Positions 19,513 through 27,336 are shown, counted from the first letter of the stretch. The stretch is DNA of 40,000 nucleotides from Bacillus siamensis KCTC 13613 (GCF_000262045.1 NZ_AJVF01000013.1:653868-693867); one strand, 5' to 3'. Notes: a model not told the origin generated them from the sequence alone. Made by a program: numbers and translations.

Positions 19513-20811
19513 TTACCTCCTCCTTTCCCGATTCGGACGCATCCGTTTTTGCGATGACTCTTTCAGATCCGCCGCGTCATAATCATCCAGCGCGTACCAA
19601 ATGGCTGAAAGTGTGTGGGGATCAATTGAAAACTCATCTTCCGACAGAGCGCCGTTTTTGTTTTTCGCATATGTTAAGTTCTGCAATTCGCGGATCGTAT
19701 TTTCACAGCTGTCTGAGCAATAGATGTGTCTGAACCGTTTCAGCTTTTTCGTATACTGGAGCCTTGAGCCGGGAAATTTTTTGGCCGCGACCATGCAAAA
19801 GCCCTGCCTGCGGAAATATTGGATGCTTTTCGGCTCGGCCGAATCCGCTTTGATCAGCTCTTTTTGATCCGCCAATTCCTGAAGCTCTTCAGCTGTCTGG
19901 TCATCGGTCATTTTGTTTTTGTAATACTCCCAGAAAATATAAAGCTCTTTTTGATCGGGATCGACGGCAAGCCGGATGACCGCATTGTATGACTCTTCAA
20001 AACCGAAATCCATGCCCGTCCGAAACAGAGGGCGCCTGATGGCGGCAATCCTCTCTGTTACTTCGTTGTGCTCCAGGACCTGAAATTGCGGAAATACACG
20101 GATGCCGTTCACGCCGAACTGTCCTTTGCGGGCGATCCGGTACAAATCGGGATCGTATTGCCGTAAGCTGTCCAGCTGCTTAATATAGCTTTTCGGCAAA
20201 AACAGATTGTCGCACGCTGTGGAATGATGGTAATACGTATCTCCCTTAACGACGGTGCCTTTTTCATACAGCATCTGATCATCTAAAACGAACCGTTTTT
20301 TTTGCTCATCACGAAAAAAATGCCGGTACGTCCAATTGGAAGTGCCGACGGGATTTGTGGTGCATATCATATGAAGCGAAAGCTCGGGATGGCGCAGACG
20401 GCCGATCAGCTCCTTAAAGCCTTCATATTTCACTTCTGAGCATTCTTCAATCCAAATCAGAGAAATATGATGAATGGATTTCAATTTGGCCGGGTTGTCC
20501 ATCCCCTTAAACATAATCCGGCTTCCGTTTGAAAATCTCAGCTGCATCGGTGAAGACACGGCCTTTACGGCATGTCCCAGCTTAAGCTCTTCGATAATGT
20601 CCTCAAACAAGGCAAAGGTAGAATCTCTGTGCGTATCGAAAACTTCCCGCACCACAAGCGCCGTCCGCTTTTCACGAAGCAGCTTCAAGATGATTTTCAG
20701 CGCGGTATGATAGCTTTTTGACGACCCATAGCCTCCGACGAGAAATTGGTACGTTTCATTCCAATTGAATAAATAATCTTCAAAGCGCGGGTTGACCGCT
20801 TTTTCAATCAT
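19513..20811 (-). CDS. xtmB: terminase large subunit, PBSX family
   Basis: 432 aa with an N-terminal P-loop-like GGYGSSKS. It has an ATGA overlap with xtmA. Confidence 0.93.
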   Translation of the reverse strand: MIEKAVNPRFEDYLFNWNETYQFLVGGYGSSKSYHTALKIILKLLREKRTALVVREVFDTHRDSTFALFEDIIEELKLGHAVKAVSSPMQLRFSNGSRIMFKGMDNPAKLKSIHHISLIWIEECSEVKYEGFKELIGRLRHPELSLHMICTTNPVGTSNWTYRHFFRDEQKKRFVLDDQMLYEKGTVVKGDTYYHHSTACDNLFLPKSYIKQLDSLRQYDPDLYRIARKGQFGVNGIRVFPQFQVLEHNEVTERIAAIRRPLFRTGMDFGFEESYNAVIRLAVDPDQKELYIFWEYYKNKMTDDQTAEELQELADQKELIKADSAEPKSIQYFRRQGFCMVAAKKFPGSRLQYTKKLKRFRHIYCSDSCENTIRELQNLTYAKNKNGALSEDEFSIDPHTLSAIWYALDDYDAADLKESSQKRMRPNRERRR

Positions 20812-21605
20812 GGCCGTTCCTCTTTCCGCGTAATGACAATGTCAATCGGCTTTTGGCTGTCTTCTGATTTTTCCAGCTTCTGCTGCGCCAGCTTTAATTT
20901 TTCATTTTCAATTTTTTGTTTAAATTGATCTGGGAAAAGGTCAAAGTACAAAGACAGCTTTTCAAGAGCTTTCATTTTGTCGGCAAGCTTGATTGCAATG
21001 CCTTCTTTCCCGAGTTTTGCCTCCGTAACGATCGTTCCGTCCAGCAGATTCGAATCTTTAACGTCAACGTAGCTGATCTCCTGCATAATCGGATTATCAT
21101 TTTCGTCAAAGAGCGGCCCTGATTTTCCGAAGGCCTGAACCTCTTTTTTTCCGAAGGTTACATAATCGGTAATGTCGGCAAAAGCGATTTTCACATAGAC
21201 TTGAAGAACGTCCATCGCTTCGACAAACACTTTATTGACCATTTCCTTTTTCATGCGGCTGATTTCTTTGGCGACTTTTTCGTTTTTTAACAGCCTGCTT
21301 CCCGTGACATGCGCGCTTTCCGGTGAATACCCGGCTTTTATCGCAGATTGGGTGGCGTTAAAGCTTTTCACATAATAAAGACAAAACAGCCGCTGCCGTT
21401 CGTTTAACTCATCACTTTCGGCCGGGGCGATTTTTCCGCCGCTTTCCGCGTTCTTATCGAGCGCCTCGTCCCAGCGCCCTTCTTTTTTCCATCTGCCGAT
21501 CGTTCTTGCGGATACGCCTGATTTGCCGGCAAGGGCGCGATTTGTGATGCGGCCTTTATGAGACTGATAGATTGTAAATGCCTGTTCTCTTTTTGCGTTT
21601 TTCAT
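20808..21605 (-). CDS. xtmA: terminase small subunit
   Basis: 265 aa with an N-terminal HTH-like segment and a Terminase_2-like segment [26 protein letters not shown]. Confidence 0.88.
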   Translation of the reverse strand: MKNAKREQAFTIYQSHKGRITNRALAGKSGVSARTIGRWKKEGRWDEALDKNAESGGKIAPAESDELNERQRLFCLYYVKSFNATQSAIKAGYSPESAHVTGSRLLKNEKVAKEISRMKKEMVNKVFVEAMDVLQVYVKIAFADITDYVTFGKKEVQAFGKSGPLFDENDNPIMQEISYVDVKDSNLLDGTIVTEAKLGKEGIAIKLADKMKALEKLSLYFDLFPDQFKQKIENEKLKLAQQKLEKSEDSQKPIDIVITRKEERP

Positions 21606-21646
21606 GCTACGGCATCACCGCCACCTCCGACATGGATGTCTATAAT

Positions 21647-21677
21647 AAAAAGCGGCTTCTTTCGGGCCGCTTTTTTG
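21647..21677. terminator. bidirectional intrinsic terminator-like hairpin between xpf and xtmA
   Basis: Sequence is AAAAAGCGGC-ttctttcgg-GCCGCTTTTTT, with an A-run on one side and a T-run on the other. On the minus strand it follows the xpf stop by about 45 nt. Confidence 0.55.
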
Positions 21678-21721
21678 TAATTTGTCTGTTCACTTCTAAG
21701 TGGCAAACGTATGACAACATT

Positions 21722-22234
21722 TTAAGCAGGCGACTGATTTCTTTGTTCCTGCTGTTTTTGAATTTTTAGAAGCGCCCGTTTGACCGTCGTCTGTACGGTT
21801 GATTTTTTTACATTCAGCAATGCGGCGATCCGTTCATACGAAAAGCATTCCGCTTTGTGGAGCAGCAGTATTTCTTTTTCTCTTTCCGTTAAAACGGCTA
21901 ATGCTTCCCGCAGTCTGATTCTGTCTTCTTCAGTCACATTCCCGGAAGGTTCGAACATCAGCGCCTGTGAATAGGTATCTATGATTCTAGGATCTTTAAT
22001 CAGCATCCTTTGATAAGCGTCTCTGCGGTCTATTGCTCTTCTTATGCCGGGCTGCCGGCCTTTTTCAAGCCATTCGGTGACATATTCCAAATCTGTAATG
22101 ATCGTTCTGATGATTTTTTTATCTTTCAGTTCTTCTGAAGTCAGAGCCGCTTCGTCAGCTTCCCCCAGCTGCTTGTACCATTTTTTCGTCTCTTTCAGCG
22201 TGCGTTTATATTCAAATAGTAAGTCTTCCATCAT
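21722..22234 (-). CDS. xpf: sigma-factor-like positive control factor of late genes
   Basis: ATG at 22234 with GAGGAGG 5 nt upstream. The C-terminus has a sigma-70 region-4-type HTH (FSYERIAALLNVKKSTVQTTVKRAL). It occupies the PBSX xpf position. Confidence 0.88.
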   Translation of the reverse strand: MMEDLLFEYKRTLKETKKWYKQLGEADEAALTSEELKDKKIIRTIITDLEYVTEWLEKGRQPGIRRAIDRRDAYQRMLIKDPRIIDTYSQALMFEPSGNVTEEDRIRLREALAVLTEREKEILLLHKAECFSYERIAALLNVKKSTVQTTVKRALLKIQKQQEQRNQSPA

Positions 22235-22255
22235 AGATCCTCCTCTTTTTCGGAC

Positions 22256-22306
22256 AAAAAAAGGACACCAACCAATGCGCAGCATATGCGCGATTGATCA
22301 GTGTCC
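22256..22306 (-). terminator. terminator/attenuator-like compound hairpin immediately upstream of xpf
   Basis: On the minus strand an outer stem GGACAC...GTGTCC encloses an inner stem GCGCA-TATGC-TGCGC and is followed by TTTTTTTG. It lies between the xtrA stop and the xpf RBS. Confidence 0.4.
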
Positions 22307-22343
22307 GCAGGCTTTCCGTCTTGGACGTATTCTGTTTTTTCGA

Positions 22344-22547
22344 TTAATTCAATTTAAAGCCGATTTCATATTCGACACGGGTCAGGTCGCCTTTTCTCGT
22401 TTCGACAAGCGTTTTGCCGTGCTCCGGCGCCTCGGCGAGCCAGGCTTCATTCTTCAGCCCGTCTACAATAATCACCCGCACCTTGCCTTCTTCCAGCTGG
22501 CTTTTTAATGTTGTATGTTCAATGTCTGACAGTTTTTTAGGATTCAT
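22344..22547 (-). CDS. xtrA: XtrA-like small early protein
   Basis: 67-aa ORF that overlaps the xkdD end by 11 nt. Synteny supports the call. Confidence 0.75.
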   Translation of the reverse strand: MNPKKLSDIEHTTLKSQLEEGKVRVIIVDGLKNEAWLAEAPEHGKTLVETRKGDLTRVEYEIGFKLN

Positions 22548-22878
22548 GTTTTACGTCCTCCGTCTTTTTCAGGATATTTACTTCATGTATGAGGCTTTCG
22601 AGATTATTTATGAATGCTTCTTTTTCTTCAGCACTTTCTCCCCGGAGCAGGCGGAGAGCCGTTTCGGCCGCCTCAAAAAGTTCCGGGGCTTTCGCCATCA
22701 TTGCCGCGTTGATCCGCTGTGAGTATGAACTTAAGTTGAAAACGGCCGCGATAAGCCTTCCGTTTGAATAAGGAAATTTCTCTTTTTCCGCTTCGCTGTA
22801 AGCAGAATAAATGTAAATGGGTTTTTCTTCTCCGCTGTGTACGGCCCGCCATGGAGCGGGGCTGTTGTTTACTTGCAA
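22537..22878 (-). CDS. xkdD: XkdD-like early protein (unknown function)
   Basis: 113-aa ORF with a TTG start preceded by AGTGAGGA at 6 nt. Synteny supports the call. Confidence 0.75.
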   Translation of the reverse strand: MQVNNSPAPWRAVHSGEEKPIYIYSAYSEAEKEKFPYSNGRLIAAVFNLSSYSQRINAAMMAKAPELFEAAETALRLLRGESAEEKEAFINNLESLIHEVNILKKTEDVKHES

Positions 22879-22975
22879 TGTTTATCCTCACTTTCCATCA
22901 GCCTCATGCCATGCTTCAATTTGCTTTTCGATCCGTTTCGCCCTGAACAGCAGGCAAAAAAGCCATTTGATATAT

Positions 22976-23143
22976 TTATACACGTGCATCAAGCCTCGCT
23001 TTTGCGTCTTGAACCATTCGCTCAAGACGTTTAATGACCGGCGTTAAATCAGTTCCTGTTTTGCAGTTCGGGCAAGGGTGAAAGACAGCGCCGAAACTTG
23101 TTTCCGTCACAACGACCTTCTTTGGCCCGCACAGTTTACACAT
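22976..23143 (-). CDS. 55-aa zinc-ribbon-like ORF, not in the supplied ORF track
   Basis: My translation is MCKLCGPKKVVVTETSFGAVFHPCPNCKTGTDLTPVIKRLERMVQDAKARLDARV, with CxxC..CxxC motifs. Its ATG shares a nucleotide with the xkdC stop (TAATG). Confidence 0.5.
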   Translation of the reverse strand: MCKLCGPKKVVVTETSFGAVFHPCPNCKTGTDLTPVIKRLERMVQDAKARLDARV

Positions 23144-23943
23144 TATCTCGCCCCCTCTAATCTGTGGTTGACTTCGTATGGGTTTCCATTAATGATGACT
23201 AAATAATCGCTGCACATCTCATACATTCTTGTGCCCAATGCTTCATCAACCTGCACCAGCTCGTCACACGCCAGCTCACTCGAGATAAGAAGCGGTTTAT
23301 GATTTAAATAGCGGTAATTCACGACGGCGTACATTTGTTCAATCTGCCAATCGGTCGCCCGGGGTTTTCCGTTCAGCGGTTTGAACAGATCGTCAATAAA
23401 GAGCACATCCGCCCGTTTCATACGGGTCAGTTTTGTATCGAGCAGATCAAAATCATTTTTTAAATCTGTAAATCCCTCCACAAAAGGAAAATACAGCACC
23501 GGTGTCTGCTTCTGTCTCATGACATGATTGCTGAGAGCAGTCAGAAGGTGGGTTTTCCCCGATCCCGGACGCCCTAATAGGGCAATGCTGTTTTTCCGGC
23601 AGTTTTTAATCTTGTCGAAGTTGTCAGCAAATTCAAGGGCGCATTCATATGCGTCAACGATCGCCTGAGGCTTGCCCTGCGTAATAAATCCTTTGAAATC
23701 CAGCTTCCGAAAAGCGCCTGTAATCTCACTTGCGCTGAGGATGCGCTCTGCTTTTCGTTCCGCGGCGCAGCGGCACTTGACCCACACATCCATTCCCAGC
23801 TGTTTTTCGAGATAACCGCCCTGATCCTTACAGAGCGGACAGTCAAAGCGGCTTTCGTCTGATTCTTCCGGTCTGTCCGCCAGTAATGGACGTTTTCCGT
23901 TTTTCAGGTCGGCCAGTATCTGCTCGATCGTTCGTTTTGTCAT
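23143..23943 (-). CDS. xkdC: DnaC/IstB-like AAA+ helicase-loader homologue
   Basis: Walker A is GRPGSGKTHLL and Walker B is VLFIDDL. ATG at 23943 with GAGAGGA 8 nt upstream gives 266 aa. The N-terminus has Cys pairs CPLC..C.C. Confidence 0.88.
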   Translation of the reverse strand: MTKRTIEQILADLKNGKRPLLADRPEESDESRFDCPLCKDQGGYLEKQLGMDVWVKCRCAAERKAERILSASEITGAFRKLDFKGFITQGKPQAIVDAYECALEFADNFDKIKNCRKNSIALLGRPGSGKTHLLTALSNHVMRQKQTPVLYFPFVEGFTDLKNDFDLLDTKLTRMKRADVLFIDDLFKPLNGKPRATDWQIEQMYAVVNYRYLNHKPLLISSELACDELVQVDEALGTRMYEMCSDYLVIINGNPYEVNHRLEGAR

Positions 23944-24679
23944 GTATCGTATTCCTCTCTTTTTTTGTTGTGATTGTCCTTCCCGCAATTCGTGCATTCA
24001 AGCGGTCCTCCATAAACTTGGCGCAATAGCTGAAAGCCTTGATCGTTTCAGCTGAAGAGGTGCGCCGCTGTTCAAAAGCTGTAAAGCATTCGCCGAGCCA
24101 TTTGATTGCTTCTTGTGCTGACGCACCGAGGGAAACAATACGGGCGATGGCCTGATAATCTCTTGGCGACGGGTATACGCTCCGCCCCTCCTGTGCAGAC
24201 CTTAATCTGATAAAATGGGCGGCAATTTCGGTAATCGCTTCTTCAGCAGTATGATTTTTTGTTATATCTATTTCTCTCTGGACATTTTTGTCCCGGTGAT
24301 CTGCCGATATTGTCCGGTCAGTTGCTTCCGGGCGGGGCAATGTCCCTTTTTGCGTGAATCTTTTCGAGTGTTTTACGGAGATGATAAGTCCGTAAGGCGC
24401 GCGGACGGTTTTGATATATTCATGCTGTTCCAAGCTCTCGAGCCACCGCCTGACGGTTTTTTCACTGACTGCGAATACATCGGCCATTTCTCTTGCTTTT
24501 ACTGGCTTATGTCCGAGGACAAGCCCCCACTTGACGCCGTCTTTTACGTGTTCCTTTGTCGTTGAACTGATGAACCATAAAAACAGCCATAAAGCGGAAC
24601 CTATTTTGTCATAATGTTCAGAATTCAATAATCCGGAATAGATAAAAAACGGGTAGCTTTTACGATTCATAACGGACAT
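23843..24679 (-). CDS. xkdB: XkdB-like early protein with winged-HTH (replication-initiator-like)
   Basis: 278-aa ORF with HTH-like segment AREMADVFAVSEKTVRRWLESLEQ. An alternative ATG at 24670 has better RBS spacing. Confidence 0.82.
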   Translation of the reverse strand: MSVMNRKSYPFFIYSGLLNSEHYDKIGSALWLFLWFISSTTKEHVKDGVKWGLVLGHKPVKAREMADVFAVSEKTVRRWLESLEQHEYIKTVRAPYGLIISVKHSKRFTQKGTLPRPEATDRTISADHRDKNVQREIDITKNHTAEEAITEIAAHFIRLRSAQEGRSVYPSPRDYQAIARIVSLGASAQEAIKWLGECFTAFEQRRTSSAETIKAFSYCAKFMEDRLNARIAGRTITTKKERNTIHDKTNDRADTGRPEKRKTSITGGQTGRIRRKPL

Positions 24680-24836
24680 CTCCGTTTTTCAAACTTATAT
24701 AGTGTTCATACTGCAATCGGTTATCAAATCGGAACACCGGAAGTCCGCAAGCGGTAAAAGATATCGACCCGCCTGCTTTTCCTAAACTTCTTTGGTCAGC
24801 CGGATTGCTGCTGAAACGGATGATAATCGGATGCAT
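24660..24836 (-). CDS. 58-aa leader ORF of the early operon (hypothetical), not in the supplied ORF track
   Basis: ATG at 24836 with AGGAGGGTG 7 nt upstream. My translation is MHPIIIRFSSNPADQRSLGKAGGSISFTACGLPVFRFDNRLQYEHYISLKNGDVRYES. It ends 20 nt inside xkdB. Confidence 0.4.
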   Translation of the reverse strand: MHPIIIRFSSNPADQRSLGKAGGSISFTACGLPVFRFDNRLQYEHYISLKNGDVRYES

Positions 24837-24871
24837 CTCTCACCCTCCTGATCAATTTCTTATCATTTTTC

Positions 24872-24886
24872 GATACATTTTGTATC
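24872..24886. promoter_or_regulatory. Xre operator-like palindrome GATACATTTTGTATC
   Basis: Perfect GATAC-N5-GTATC, just downstream of the predicted early-promoter start site. Confidence 0.7.
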
Positions 24887-24898
24887 CCTGTGATGTTG

Positions 24899-24927
24899 AT
24901 TATAAACGATACTTTTCGTATCATCAA
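24899..24927 (-). promoter_or_regulatory. sigma-A-type early promoter for the xkdB operon
   Basis: Minus strand reads TTGATG (24927-24922), a 17-nt spacer, then TATAAT (24904-24899). Confidence 0.65.
24908..24922. promoter_or_regulatory. Xre operator-like palindrome GATACTTTTCGTATC
   Basis: Perfect half sites that fill the spacer of the early promoter. Confidence 0.7.
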
Positions 24928-24936
24928 GACCTTTTT

Positions 24937-24951
24937 GATACTTTTTTTATC
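24937..24951. promoter_or_regulatory. degenerate Xre operator-like site GATACTTTTTTTATC
   Basis: The left half is perfect. The right half is TTATC instead of GTATC. Confidence 0.5.
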
Positions 24952-24956
24952 ATCGC

Positions 24957-24985
24957 TTTATTTTGATACATTTTGTATCTATAAT
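24957..24985 (+). promoter_or_regulatory. putative xre promoter
   Basis: TATAAT at 24980-24985 lies 41 nt upstream of the xre ATG. The -35 is weak (TTTATT at 17 nt). Confidence 0.4.
24965..24979. promoter_or_regulatory. Xre operator-like palindrome GATACATTTTGTATC
   Basis: Identical to the site at 24872. It abuts the TATAAT at 24980-24985. Confidence 0.7.
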
Positions 24986-25026
24986 GATAAGTAACTTAGG
25001 GTGTTGAAAAAAGAGAGGTCGTTCGG

Positions 25027-25365
25027 ATGATAGGCGGAAGATTGAAAAGTCTCAGAGGAAAAAAAACGCAGGAAGAAGTCGCAAATCATATCGGTGTCTC
25101 GCGCGCCAGATATTCTCATTATGAAAACGGCCGATCTGAACCCGATTATGAAACGCTGCAAAAGCTTGCGGATTATTTCAAAGTGTCGACGGATTATTTG
25201 TTAACCGGAAAAGAACCTTCAGATGAAGACATGTTTGCCGATCCCGACCTGCAGATCGCATATCGGGACATGCAGGACTTTTCACCGGAAAGCAAACAGC
25301 AGGCCATTGAATTCATTAATTATTTAAAAGAAAAAGAGAAAAACCGCAGGCCGAAACATAAATAA
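25027..25365 (+). CDS. xre: XRE-family HTH repressor of PBSX
   Basis: 112 aa with N-terminal HTH_XRE ([26 protein letters not shown]). RBS is AAGAGAGG. It is divergent from the early operon. Confidence 0.93.
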   Translation: MIGGRLKSLRGKKTQEEVANHIGVSRARYSHYENGRSEPDYETLQKLADYFKVSTDYLLTGKEPSDEDMFADPDLQIAYRDMQDFSPESKQQAIEFINYLKEKEKNRRPKHK

Positions 25366-25389
25366 TTCGCTCTTTTCCTTAAAATGCTT

Positions 25390-25426
25390 AACGTTCAGCC
25401 GATATAATATCTGAATGTTTATTTTT
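25390..25426 (+). terminator. weak terminator-like hairpin after xre
   Basis: Sequence is AACGTTCAG-12 nt loop-CTGAATGTT (one G-U pair) followed by TATTTTTG. The large loop makes it weak. Confidence 0.3.
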
Positions 25427-25483
25427 GAAAGAAAAGGGAATTGATTCAAAGTCCGATCAGGGCTTTTCTTTCTCGCTTAAAAA

Positions 25484-25497
25484 AGAACATATGTTCG
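25484..25497. promoter_or_regulatory. LexA (DinR) SOS box
   Basis: AGAACATATGTTCG contains the perfect Cheo-box core GAAC-N4-GTTC. It lies 16 nt upstream of the preferred xkdA start. Confidence 0.7.
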
Positions 25498-25512
25498 AAA
25501 GGGTGTATTCAA

Positions 25513-26103
25513 TTGGGCGATTTTTTAACACATCTTGAGGAATACGTCAAAAACTTATATTGCCGCATGGGAATGACCGCCCCCCTCCATATTGATATGC
25601 AAACGATTGCCAAGGAGCTTGACATTTGGATTCATTTTGAAGATACGCACAGCATGATGCTGAAGCGGGACGGCATGTACAGCATCGTCCTGAACCAAAG
25701 AAAGTCACCTGAGGAGCAATGGGAGGATTTTGCACACGAACTATGCCATGTGCTGAAGCATACCGGGAACCATTTCCACATGAACAAGCTGTTCAGGGAA
25801 CTGCAGGAATTCCAGGCCAACCATTTTATGTACCACTTCTGTGTACCGACCTTTATGCTGTTAAACATGGAGCTTCCTCAGCGGAGGAACCACGCCGTCA
25901 TTTTAATCGCAGCCGCTTTCCGGGTGACGGCGTCATTTGCGGAAAAAAGGCTTGAGCTGTTTGAACGGCGTAAAGCAGGTATTCAATTTCAGAAGCGGCT
26001 CACTTGTCTGCTATCCGACAAGCGGCCGAATGTGTATTACGAAGGCAGGCAGACACACTTGCATGCCGCTGAAGAAAAATCGCCGTATTTTATTGAAAAC
26101 TAG
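25513..26103 (+). CDS. xkdA: ImmA/IrrE-family zinc metallopeptidase-like protein
   Basis: HEXXH motif HELCH. I prefer TTG at 25513 (RBS AAAGGGTG 8 nt upstream). The ORF-track start at 25441 would place the LexA box inside the coding sequence and has poor RBS spacing. Confidence 0.8.
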   Translation: MGDFLTHLEEYVKNLYCRMGMTAPLHIDMQTIAKELDIWIHFEDTHSMMLKRDGMYSIVLNQRKSPEEQWEDFAHELCHVLKHTGNHFHMNKLFRELQEFQANHFMYHFCVPTFMLLNMELPQRRNHAVILIAAAFRVTASFAEKRLELFERRKAGIQFQKRLTCLLSDKRPNVYYEGRQTHLHAAEEKSPYFIEN

Positions 26104-26106
26104 CGA

Positions 26107-26140
26107 TTCTCTGCCGGCTGAAAACGCAGCCGGCAGAATG
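26107..26140. terminator. hairpin terminator between convergent xkdA and yjqB
   Basis: Sequence is CTGCCGGCTG-aaaacg-CAGCCGGCAG, a 10-bp GC-rich stem with extension. The T-rich tail TGTCATCATTTT is imperfect. Confidence 0.5.
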
Positions 26141-26243
26141 TCATCATTTTGACATCGGAGGAAAGGTTTTTGCATTATGAAGCTGTTCTCACCGTGCTGC
26201 CAGCCAAGCACTTCTTGCTCCCCACAGACCCAGTGAACCCTGT

Positions 26244-26858
26244 TCATTTATCATAAAAACCGAGTTTGACGGCATCTACATACCGAAAAAACAGATCCGT
26301 TGGCGTGTATTCTTCTCCCCTGCAGCCAAAATTGCTGAACAGCACGTTTCTCTGTGCCGTGCTTACTTCCAATTGCAGCCCCATTTTCCTTTTTGTCCGA
26401 TTCACAATATTCCCGGGGTTTACACCTGCCAGCCGGTCGTTCATGTCCGTCAGCTCGGCGCTAAAACCCGCTTCACGCAGCAGATCACAAATCAGTCTGG
26501 CCTTTTCCAGATCCGCGCCCCCGACGAGCGTATTTGCCGTTTCCCGATCATGGTACCCATGAAAAGCCAATGCATAATGATGAGCGGTCACTTTTTCTAA
26601 AGCCAGCGGTTCATCAAAGCGTGTGCTTGTCAAGTGGAGGGAGCGATTGCCGCATTGCTTTGTGCCTTCAAATAAGTAAATTGAGCTTTGGTCAGAAAAT
26701 GCCCGCACCAGTTCACTGACACCGGGCTCAATTCTGCCGCCGTGGGGAGCGAGGACGATATGTTCACTTCCCTCATTTTCTTCATAGATAATTCTGTATT
26801 CCGATTCAGCAGCGGAAAGAGCTGCGAAACTGTCATATCGATCTTTCATGTTTAACAT
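26244..26858 (-). CDS. yjqB: poly-gamma-glutamate hydrolase-family (PghP/YjqB-like) protein
   Basis: 204 aa with motif [13 protein letters not shown] and later histidines. Synteny with xkdA and yjqA supports the call. Confidence 0.78.
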   Translation of the reverse strand: MLNMKDRYDSFAALSAAESEYRIIYEENEGSEHIVLAPHGGRIEPGVSELVRAFSDQSSIYLFEGTKQCGNRSLHLTSTRFDEPLALEKVTAHHYALAFHGYHDRETANTLVGGADLEKARLICDLLREAGFSAELTDMNDRLAGVNPGNIVNRTKRKMGLQLEVSTAQRNVLFSNFGCRGEEYTPTDLFFRYVDAVKLGFYDK

Positions 26859-26958
26859 GCTCTCCTTTTTCAGTCAGCACCAGTTTACTCTACTCGTCTA
26901 GGAATGAAAACCTTTTTATAGTATGATTTGAAAGAATACGTATCAGGGGGGATCTATC

Positions 26959-27336
26959 ATGGGGTTTATCAATAGATTGCTGGGTAACGCGTCGACAATA
27001 TCGACGGCTGAAGCAAAAGAAGAACTGGCCCGTATTCTGCTGGAAGGTGAGAATGTCAACGCCGCGTTTAAACTCGTCCGCGATATCATTGTCTTTACGG
27101 ATAAGCGTCTTATTCTTGTTGATAAACAGGGGCTTACGGGTAAGAAAACAGAGATTCAATCCATTCCGTACAAAAGCATTTCCAGATTCAGCGTAGAAAC
27201 CGCCGGCCGCTTTGACTTAGATTCAGAGCTGAAAATTTGGATTTCCGGCGCGGAAATTCCCGCTGTCTCAAAGCAGTTTAAAAAAGATGAAAGCATTTAT
27301 GATATTCAAAAGGCTCTTGCCGCAGTTTGTATGTAA
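26959..27336 (+). CDS. yjqA: bacterial PH-domain protein YjqA-like
   Basis: 125 aa with RBS AGGGGGG. The sequence character is bPH-like, and synteny supports the call. Confidence 0.75.
   Translation: MGFINRLLGNASTISTAEAKEELARILLEGENVNAAFKLVRDIIVFTDKRLILVDKQGLTGKKTEIQSIPYKSISRFSVETAGRFDLDSELKIWISGAEIPAVSKQFKKDESIYDIQKALAAVCM

Larger units (their letters stand above)
1..26103. mobile_element. PBSX-type defective prophage / phage-tail-like bacteriocin element (continues past window start; lysis genes not in window)
   Basis: Uninterrupted minus-strand module in canonical PBSX order from xkdB to xepA, plus the divergent xre-xkdA switch. Terminase, portal, capsid, sheath, tube, tape measure and baseplate J are all recognisable. 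No integrase seen. Confidence 0.9.

Noticed and set aside
21722-22285. 187-aa version of xpf starting at 22285
   Set aside because: The extension (MLRIGWCPFFVRKRGGS) is encoded by the hairpin and T-tract region. The ATG at 22234 has a GAGGAGG RBS.
25403-25408. TATAAT hexamer in the loop of the xre terminator-like hairpin, considered as a possible xkdA promoter -10
   Set aside because: There is no acceptable -35 at 16-18 nt. It cannot be distinguished from a chance match in AT-rich sequence.
1-26103. Looked for an integrase, excisionase, att repeats or tRNA target that would indicate an excisable prophage
   Set aside because: None is present in the window. This fits the defective, non-excising nature of PBSX-type elements, although the left end is outside the window and cannot be judged.
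26011-26247. 78-aa minus-strand ORF spanning the xkdA 3' end and the terminator
   Set aside because: It is antisense to xkdA, crosses a GC-rich hairpin and has no RBS.
26890-27159. 89-aa minus-strand ORF overlapping the yjqA start
   Set aside because: It is antisense to a well-supported gene, has no RBS and has odd composition.
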